Part shown: piece by piece, positions 51,831 through 61,170 of the stretch
How the letters are laid out: each line of letters begins with the position of its first letter
How positions within the stretch are numbered: the first letter of the stretch is position 1
Source: Tubiluchus corallicola
Lineage: Eukaryota; Animalia; Priapulida
Length of the DNA: 64,000 nucleotides
NCBI GenBank assembly: GCA_030141605.1
Contig: JAQGDQ010000284.1
Span: forward strand, 1 to 64,000
Direction of reading: 5' to 3'
Translations under genes and position numbers: made by a program
The notes under the pieces: model-generated
The model's input: the letters and a program-made list of their open reading frames with translations, nothing else
Told to the model about the DNA's origin: nothing
The model's database searches: none

Positions 51831-51883
51831 CCCTAAGCTTATGAGGTTAGTTAATTCCATTGTTTGTTTGTGAACCATTTCAG

Positions 51884-51937
51884 GCTCAGAAGCAGAAGTT
51901 ACATGTCAGGAGGGAACAAATACAGATGGCTAGAAGG
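51884..51937 (+). CDS. INO80: INO80 coding exon 8 (GC donor)
   Basis: AQKQKLHVRREQIQMARR, 18 aa like recalled human ANKQKASARNLFLTNSRK; followed by gcatgt. Confidence 0.8.
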
Positions 51938-53196
51938 GCATGTATTTTAGTCGTTATAAACACTTAAACATGATTGTGGTATTTTCATGAAAATCTTAGA
52001 CGCGTTTTAGCCAACATTGTTACAGAAGCTGAATTTACCAATCGAAACCGATACTGAAACGAAAACAAAACGAAACGCTTTTGCAAAACTAACTATTATT
52101 GTACTACATTTAAACTCCAGAACATCCGAATATGTTTAATATGCAGCAATTGTCGTTTTATCTGTAATAATAAATTACAGCAATAAGTTTTTAGCAGAAA
52201 AGCATAAGTTTGATACAGGTTAATTACTAAATTAGGTTACGTGATTTTCGTCTGTAATTATACAAAAAAAATAACAGTGAAATAGTCCTAATTGTATAAA
52301 GCAGTTCAATAAAGATAATTAGACACTTACATGTCGTCTCCCTGAGTTTTGGCGCTTATAACTTGCAAGAAAAACAATAAGAAATCAACTACAACATTCA
52401 CATCATATCAACTTGAATTGCGTACCAGGTAAATGTCTACCTGGCCAACTACCTGGTCACATGACTGATGACAGTTAAAGGGGTAAGACCAAATTTAACA
52501 GGTAGGGACACGTGTATGTGCATTACAATTATTAAAATTGAATAAAAGAAAATTCTAAAATATGTAAATTTTTTTGCTGTGATGCAAAATTTCTGATGAA
52601 AATTTTAATACAAAGAGGATGAGGAAGTTTTATAGTATCGAAGCTCAAGTTTGATGCAGTGGCTTAGCTTAGGTAATGTGTTATAATGTTTTTTAATTTA
52701 AATATTCGTAATGATTAATGTTTAAAAATAATAATACTTCATTAAAAAATGAACAAATCTGATTTTGTGATTATTTCGTTGCCTGTATTTCATAAATCGT
52801 AAAATCAGATGCAATTTTGTTCAAATAAATTCAAAAATTGCATTGACATTTAGAAGCTGAGTGAGTGCGTAGCACACACTCTGCTAACTGAGCAAAAGTT
52901 TAAATTTCTTTATGTTATCAATAAGATTAATCGTGCGTTTTTTGGTGAATCAACGATGTGCGGATTTGGCGGTTCAGTAAATATTTTAAATTTTGAAGAA
53001 TTTTCTTTTCCAGTCATGCAGGTAAACGTGACACTAAGAAATATAACTTCGTAAATCGTAATATGATTTTTTTATGATATACTTTAACCCCCCCCCCCCC
53101 CCTTTAAAGTGTCATTATTAATATTTACGTGTGTTTATGAGTATAGATTTTGAGAATTTGAGAAATCCGTGATCATTTACGTGTGCATTGTTTTAG

Positions 53197-53400
53197 CTTG
53201 CTGTTGGCTGCTTGCGAGAAAGGAGGAAGATAGCGTTGCTCTCGCAAAAGACCGCTAGGGAAACGGCGGCCCGTGTGCGTCGACTCACGAAAGAGATGCT
53301 GTTCTACTGGAAGAGGTTCGAGAAGGTGGAGAAGGAGCACAGGAAGCGTGTGGAGAAAGAGGCGCTGGAGCAGATCAAGATGGATATTGAACTGAGAGAG
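53197..53400 (+). CDS. INO80: INO80 coding exon 9 (DBINO/HSA region)
   Basis: LAVGCLRERRKIALLSQKTARETAARVRRLTKEMLFYWKRFEKVEKEHRKRVEKEALEQIKMDIELRE|gtaagt. Confidence 0.95.
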
Positions 53401-53619
53401 GTAAGTTTTCTAAAAAAATCGATTCATTGCTAATAGCCGCATAATCTCTGTAATTATGTCCATTTATTATGTGTTCCTAAAGACGTTCATAATGTGTGTC
53501 TGCATTTTACCATGTTTGGTGGGATGGCTTGTACAAAAACAGGAGTCAATATGACTGAAGTGGTACGGATGTGTATCTAAGCATAAGTGTAATACTAAGC
53601 TTGGTTTATAATGTATACA

Positions 53620-54062
53620 TGGAGGCTGAAGTTGAGTCAGTTGCTACTACATTAGCTGACTCACACAGCAAATCAGTTAGCTCGGCTGAAGATGAGTCAG
53701 TTGCTACTACATCAGTTGACTCACACAGTAATGAGCTAGCTTGGCTGAAGCTGAGTCAGTTGCTACTACATCAGTTGACTCACCCAGTAAATCAGCTAGC
53801 TTAGCTGAAGCTGAATCAGTTGCTACTATATCAGCTGATTCAAACAGTAAATCCGCTAGCTCAGCTTAAGCTGAGTCAGTTGCTACTACACCAGTTAACT
53901 CACGCAGCAAATCAGCTAGTTCAGCTGAAGCTGAGTCAGTTGCTACTACATCAGCTGACTCACACAGTAAATCAGCTAGTTCAGCTGAAGCTGAGTCAGT
54001 TGCTACTACATCAGCTGACTCACACAGTAAGTTAGCTCGGTTGAAGCTGAGTCGGTTGCTAC
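53620..54062. repeat. ~60-bp tandem repeat (~7 copies) with an internal inverted TGAGTCAG/CTGACTCA pair
   Basis: Direct reading. Confidence 0.9.
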
Positions 54063-54579
54063 TTTTGTTATTTTAAAAAAAGCAATGGATTTATTGCAAA
54101 TATAATTTAAATCTAACTCTTGGCGAGGCTTATCTTGATTACCAGTGAATCAATTCAAAGACACTAAAATGATCCCCGTGTGACTAACGTTGCATATTTG
54201 TGCATTTAACTTTGAATTGACCTGCTTTGTCATTCAAAAATTTCTAAAGTTTAGTATCTCTACCAGCACACGCACAATCTGACTGGGACTCTGCAATGTG
54301 TTTGCTATATTTCAACCAGTGATTTGCAGTGTCACGTCATTATCGCAAAAGCAGAAACCTTTGCAGTCGGCAAAAATGTCGGCTAGTTCGACTCACATCA
54401 CTTAGTGGCTGGCGCGACTAAAGCTGGGTTTTATATTTATATTTAAAGATTGGCATTTTTCTCGAAACTTGCAATAGCAGCAAATCTCTGACACAGTAGA
54501 TATTTAATCACCTGGAATTTTGTGCGCGTGGAAACAGATAATACCATTATAGAAAGAGGCAGTGACAAACTCTACGAAT

Positions 54580-56157
54580 TCACCTGGAGGCGCGCGAATG
54601 CCGAAATGCCGCAAAACAATGGTGTGGATCGTGCTGCTCATTCAGTGTGTCAAGTATCCTACTCACCTGGAGGTGCGCGAATGCTTAAATGCCGCAAAAC
54701 AATGGCGCGGATCGTGCTGCTCATTCAGTGTGTCAAGTGTCCTACTCACCTGGAGGTGCGCGAATGCTGAAATGCCGCAAAACAATGGCGCGGATCGTGC
54801 TGCTCATTCAGTGTGTCAAGTATCCTACTCACCTGGAGGTGCGCGAATGCTGAAATGCCGCAAAACAATGGCGCGGATCGTGCTGCTCATTCAGTGTGTC
54901 AAGTATCCTACTCACCTGGAGGTGCGCGAATGCTGAAATGCCGCAAAACAATGGCGCGGATCGTGCTGCTCATTCAGTGTGTCAAGTATCCTACTCACCT
55001 GGAGGTGCGCGAATGCTGAAATGCCGCAAAACAATGGTGTGGATCGTGCTGCTCATTCAGTGTGTCAAGTATCCTACTCACCTGGAGGTGCGCGAATGCT
55101 TAAATGCCGCAAAACAATGGCGCGGATCGTGCTGCTCATTCATTGTGTCAAGTATCCTACTCACCTGGAGGTGCGCGAATGCTGAAATGCCGCAAAACAA
55201 TGGCGCGGATCGTGCTGCTCATTCAGTGTGTCAAGTGTCCTGCTCACCTGGAGGCGCGCGAATGCTGAAATGCCGCAAAACAATGGTGTGGATCGTGCTG
55301 CTCATTCAGTGTGTCAAGTGTCCTGCTCACCTGGAGGCGCGCGAATGCTGAAATGCCGCAAAACAATGGTGTGGATCGTGCTGCTCATTCAGTGTGTCAA
55401 GTATCCTACTCACCTGGAGGTGCGCGAATGCTGAAATGCCGCAAAACAATGGCGCGGATCGTGCTGCTCATTCAGTGTGTCAAGTATCCTACTCACCTGG
55501 AGGTGCGCGAATGCTGAAATGCCGCAAAACAATGGCGCGGATCGTGCTGCTCATTCAGTGTGTCAAGTGTCCTACTCACCTGGAGGTGCGCGAATGCTGA
55601 AATGCCGCAAAACAATGGTGTGGATCGTGCTGCTCATTCAGTGTGTCAAGTGTCCTACTCACCTGGAGGTGCGCGAATGCTGAAATGCCGCAAAACAATG
55701 GTGTGGATCGTGCTGCTCATTCAGTGTGTCAAGTATCCTACTCACCTGGAAGTGCGCGAATGCTGAAATGCCGCAAAACAATGGCGCGGATCGTGCTGCT
55801 CATTCAGTGTGTCAAGTATCCTACTCACCTGGAGGTGCGCGAATGCTGAAATGCCGCAAAACAATGGTGTGGATCGTGCTGCTCATTCAGTGTGTCAAGT
55901 ATCCTACTCACCTGGAGGTGCGCGAATGCTGAAATGCCGCAAAACAATGGCGCGGATCGTGCTGCTCATTCAGTGTGTCAAGTATCCTACTCACCTGGAG
56001 GTGCGCGAATGCTGAAATGCCGCAAAACAATGGTGTGGATCGTGCTGCTCATTCAGTGTGTCAAGTATCCTACTCACCTGGAGGTGCGCGAATGCTGAAA
56101 TGCCGCAAAACAATGGTGTGGATCGTGCTGCTCATTCAGTGTGTCAAGTATCCTACT
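54580..56157. repeat. 83-bp tandem array, 19 near-identical copies
   Basis: Unit TCACCTGGAGGTGCGCGAATGCTGAAATGCCGCAAAACAATGGYGYGGATCGTGCTGCTCATTCAGTGTGTCAAGTATCCTAC. Confidence 0.98.
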
Positions 56158-56678
56158 GTGGTGAGCTAGTCAGCTAGAACTGCTCCAGTTCTAGCACAAC
56201 AAATAAATAACAACATTTTGTCAGAATAAACAAACTCATGACATGCTGAAGAAGATGTGCTGATACATTCTTTCTTTATTGCATAATCATATAAGCTCTA
56301 CCTTTGGTTTTACATAATGTCCAAAATATAGGTCATACATACATATTAAAGCTTGGTTATATATCAGCTAGGTGGATTGCAGAAATAAACCGACTGGAGC
56401 TCAGCTGAAACGGTGTGGCTCTGGGTTCTCTGTACATGCCATTTACGTAACAGCATAAAATGAGTTTATTTGGATAAGCGTTTTTTCTATTGTTTATCTC
56501 CAAGCTGACATGCCGGGTCTAGAGGCAGTTTCCTAACTAATTCAAAGAGATCAAGTGACAAAAATCATTTGCTGTTATAGTCCATAAAAGTGCCACTTAG
56601 GAACAGCAAGCACTGAGACATTCTTATTGCCTGGCTTTTGATTAAACACAATTTGTGCACTAAAGCAATTGGATTACT

Positions 56679-57675
56679 GCTAATTCCAATATTAGCTATA
56701 ACAGAAAGTAGCTGCTGTTTTTAGAGTAAACAATACTGAATTACTCAATCAATACGACACTCACAAAATGGTGCAAATGTATTCATCTGAACAAAGAATC
56801 TCTATGGACAACATGCTAATTGTAGCTTATGTGACTGCAAAGTTTAAGTGTGATAATGCAAAATTAGTTTTTTATCTTATGTCTTCTGGACTGCATATCA
56901 GGTCCAGGGGCACTTGCATTCCAAATTTACATATTGAACAAACGAACGTGGAAAGACTAAAATGCTTCCCATGTTAGTACATTCTAGTTTTAGATGACGG
57001 TGTTCCATACGTTTGAAATATAAACAGATGGGAGCAAAAATTTGTTACTGTTCAGCATTAGAACACTCCTGTGCCATGACTGTAATCAACTATAATAAAC
57101 CTTTTCGCAGTTCCAGTGGTTGATGATGATCATGAAAACGTCATAGGTTAATTGTACCAGACAATACATTTATGGACACGTGACAGTGCCTCGCAGCCCA
57201 TGCTGTTGTAATAGTAACAGTTTTGAAATAGGAACAGAAAGTTGTTGACGCAAGCACTGGGACTTTCTTATTCCATGGCTTTTGATTAAACGCAATTTGT
57301 GCACTAAAGCGATTGGATTCTGCTTGTGTATAGGCACTGTGGAACTTCAGCACCTTCTATTTTCAACTAGTACTACTGGACAGATGGTTCTCACACACTG
57401 TTAGCATTATAAATTGCAACTGTTGTCATACGTTGCTACTTGACCAGGATTCCAGATTTACAGTGCATCAGTTGCTAACTGGTCCAGAGCCTTTTGCATT
57501 AATGACACATCCACAGAAGTTGGTGGTTTTACAAATTTATAAGAAGACATATCAAGCGGTCATTGGCCACTTGTCATCTGGAAATGTGTTAGCCAGTTTT
57601 TTTTTTGAAAAAGGATTAACTCGTTTGCTGTGAGCATTTTTTTGTTCATGCTAGTTGACGTCAAACTTATTGGTC
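56679..57675. repeat. ~1-kb direct repeat, copy 1
   Basis: Nearly identical to 59678-60671 (offset ~3.0 kb). Confidence 0.95.
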
Positions 57676-58595
57676 AAACTAAAAATTAGTAATTATTTCT
57701 AATATATGGATAAATACATTGAAACCAAACACAGCAGTCACTTATATCACAAACTAACTACAGTTTGTGCAATGGTAGGCATTGTCCCTGTGTGTCAAGC
57801 ATCCTTGCGTAAGCAAAGATTGCTACAAGATGCTGATGTGATGTTTTGAAGATGAGCTCTATGTCACATTGACGTCACAGAGTTCATGATCATGCTTATC
57901 ATGGTACCACACCTATTTGTCGGCCTTGCGAATGTGACCAAAATTCGCCATTGCTAACTTTACAACAACAAAACAACGGCCAGTGAAACCTTGCAAAGAC
58001 ATCACACCTGCCACGTCACACCACAGTGCTATTACTGGCAATGGCGATGATGATGACAACACTATTGACAAAACAACAACAACAACTGCAACAAGAAAGC
58101 ATCTGCCTAGTAAAAGTTTGCAAAAACATCTTGCACATAGTCGACACTACATTAAATTGCAAATGCTCTTAGGCTCATTCGCTGATGATCATTAATGCAC
58201 AGACATTCTACATTGTTCTATCAAACTACTAATTTAATGATGTTTCTTTGTTATTAAGCTAAGACCTATAGACAGAACACAATATATGACGACAATAATA
58301 ATGGTTTTGCATTAGCAGTTTTCCAAGTGGGAATCACTGCATCTGTAGAATAAATATTCAAAGAATTCATTCTGATTTTGTACATTCACAGCTGCAGAGT
58401 GGTTCACAGTTTTGAAATTTCTGGAAAAGTCGTGGTTCTTTGATACTTGAGTTTTCATGACTCATCTAAATGGTCTTCCTTGCACAATCTCTCCGTCAGC
58501 TTTGACTTTGTTTAGTCAGACTTTTGCTGTTTGACACAATCAGCTTCAAGTTACAGAAACATGTTATTCATGTGCAAGACAGTCTGTTGATTTCT

Positions 58596-59453
58596 TCATC
58601 TTCGATCACATTTAAGAATCTTCTTGAACGCTGATCTAAATTTACCATTTGTTACCGCATATATAATGGGGTTAACTGCACTGTTGCAATAACAAATCTG
58701 TGTTACTACCTGGTGAGCTTTGTCTGATATGCACACTGGACATTTTGCAAGCTCTATTGCAAAGATTGAGTACGGACCCCAACAAATAAAAAATGCAACC
58801 GTGACAATGGCTAAAGTTTTCGTTGCTTTCATTTCCATCACTCTTGTACTAGTTTGCTGGTTTTGTTCGTGAATTTGCAATATTTGCTTTCTTGCTGCTC
58901 GCCATATTAATGCATACAGTGAAACTATAACTGTCATGGGTAGAAAAACCAGGGTTATGGTGACAACTAAAACAAACTCCAGTATTTCTATGTATGCTAA
59001 AATAATGGCAAAAATCCATGTAATAGGTAATGTCACACTTAATGTCTTTCTTGTTACATATATGTTGTACTTGAAAGGATGCAAAACTGCTACATATCTC
59101 TCACCTGCAATTAAGCATAAGTGTATTATACTGCTGTTTAGGGCTGTCGTGGTTACAAGCTGTTCAGCAGAGTAATACGGTAGACCAAGCTGCTTGGCAT
59201 ATACTATGATTTCAACTGGTAGTGCTATGAGTCCAAATAGTAGATCTGTTATCGCTAGTGACACGACTAGTGCATTAGTTCTTGTCTGCAGCTGCTCGTA
59301 CTTGTAAACTGCAATTAAGACTAGCAAGTTTCCAACAACTACAATGACACCCAGCCACACCAGAAATGTTACATCAGCCAGACTAAACCAATTTTTGTGC
59401 AGATGCAGGGTGCAAGTTGTGTTTCCTGCTGTAGTGTAATTGTCACATAGCAT
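58596..59453 (-). CDS. Intronless orphan class A GPCR, paralogue of 31585-32484, nested antisense in an INO80 intron
   Basis: GN, SLAITD, ERY, KATKTLAIV, CWGP, NPIIY and FRSAFKKIL motifs; ATG MLCDNYTT at 59453. Confidence 0.92.
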   Translation of the reverse strand: MLCDNYTTAGNTTCTLHLHKNWFSLADVTFLVWLGVIVVVGNLLVLIAVYKYEQLQTRTNALVVSLAITDLLFGLIALPVEIIVYAKQLGLPYYSAEQLVTTTALNSSIIHLCLIAGERYVAVLHPFKYNIYVTRKTLSVTLPITWIFAIILAYIEILEFVLVVTITLVFLPMTVIVSLYALIWRAARKQILQIHEQNQQTSTRVMEMKATKTLAIVTVAFFICWGPYSIFAIELAKCPVCISDKAHQVVTQICYCNSAVNPIIYAVTNGKFRSAFKKILKCDRR

Positions 59454-59677
59454 TGTCAAATGTTACCATTTCCTAAGAACACCAACGTTTCTCAGACACG
59501 ATTCGAGACGTACAAATCTGTTTTTTAACACAGAAGCCTGCACATCTTACCAGTGTTTTTACATGCCAGACTGTTATTACATGGAATATTGCAGCATCCT
59601 CACAAACAGTGCAGCTTGTGTACATTGCTAAAAGCCCTCGATCGATGCTCATAATCACGTATATGTAATAGAAAGTA

Positions 59678-60671
59678 GCTAATTCCAATATTAGCTGTAA
59701 CAGAAAGGAGCTGCTGTTTTTAGAGTAAACAATACTGAATTACTCAATCAATACGACACTCACAAAATGGTGCAAATGTATTCATCTGAACAAAGAATCT
59801 CTATGGACAACATGCTAATTGTAGCTTATGTGATTGCAAAGTTTAAGTGTGGTAATGCAAAATTAGTTTTTTATCTTATGTCTTCTGGACTGCATATCAG
59901 GTCCAGGGGCACTTGCATTCCAAATTTACATATTGAACAAACGAACGTGGAAAGACAAAAATGCTTCCCATGTTAGTAGATTCTAGTTTTAGATGACGGT
60001 GTTCCATACGTTTGAAATATAAACAGATGGGAGCAAAAATTTGTTACTGTTCAGCATTAGAACACTCCTGTGCCATGACTGTAATCAACTATAATAAGCC
60101 TTTTCGCAGTTCCAGCGGTTGATGATGATCGTGAAAACGTCATAGGTTAATTGTACCAGACAATACATTTATGGACACGTGACAGTGCCTCGCAGCCCAT
60201 GCTGTTGTAATAGTAACAGTTTTGAAATAGGAACAGAAAGTTGTTGACGCAAGCACTGGGACTTTCTTATTCCATGGCTTTTGATTAAACGCAATTTGTG
60301 CACTAAAGCGATTGGATTCTGCTTGTGTATAGGCACTGTGGAACTTCAGCACCTTCTATTTTCAACTAGTACTACTGGACAGATGGTTCTCACACACTGT
60401 TAGCATTATAAATTGCAACTGTTGTCATACGTTGCTACTTGACCAGGATTCCAGATTTACAGTGCATCAGTTGCTAACTGGTCCAGAGCCTTTTGCATTA
60501 ATGACACATCCACAGAAGTTGGTGGTTTTACAAATTTATAAGAAGACATCAAGCGGTCATTGGCCACTTGTCATCTGGAAATGTGTTAGCCAGTTTTTTT
60601 TTGAAAAAGGATTATCTCGTTTGCTGTGAGCATTTTTTTGTTCATGCTAGTTGACGTCAAACTTATTGGTC
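59678..60671. repeat. ~1-kb direct repeat, copy 2
   Basis: See copy 1. Confidence 0.95.
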
Positions 60672-61110
60672 TATCGCTCTGCCTCCTTTGTGACAGCATT
60701 CAGAACTGCAGCTCACATAGAATAACAACTGTTTTTAGTAAACAACATGGCTGCTGCGAGTTTGAAAGATTTGTCTGATGATTTTGGAGAACATTAGTAA
60801 GTGTATGAAGAGACTTTACTGTAAAGGTAGCATGCAAAACAATTGGCAGAGGATCCTACATTTCAGAGTGCAAAATTTGTAAGAAATCAAATCACGAGAA
60901 TTTAAAGTGAGATTTTAAAATTAGAAAACAGTGAATGTTTTTAGGTCACAGTGGAAGAGTGAACAATGTCCTCCATTGACTCCGTGTAATTGCAGTGCAT
61001 AAAATGTTGTTTGATGTCCCATGGCTTTGACTATCTTCTACCTTTCATGCAGCTCAATACCTAGACTGCTAATTCACTAAACACTCATCTTGTATATTTT
61101 TCCTTGTTAA

Positions 61111-61170
61111 AGGAAAACCGGACGATTGATTAGACTCGCTCTTATTTTAATTTACTGTCCAAAATATACA
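61111..61170. mobile_element. Kolobok-like left end truncating the LTR element
   Basis: TTAA|AGGAAAACCGGACGATTGATTAGACTC; matches 42114-42172. Confidence 0.6.

Noticed and set aside
54522-56169. Series of 68-aa ORFs, CRISPR array or hammerhead-ribozyme satellite
   Set aside because: The ORFs simply cycle through frames of an 83-bp unit and there are no spacers. CTGAATGAG resembles the CUGANGA core but has an extra base and no properly placed GAAA or stems.
56679-60671. 1-kb direct repeats as LTRs of a GPCR-carrying retroelement
   Set aside because: TG...CA ends appear on only one copy, and no PBS, PPT or TSD could be identified.
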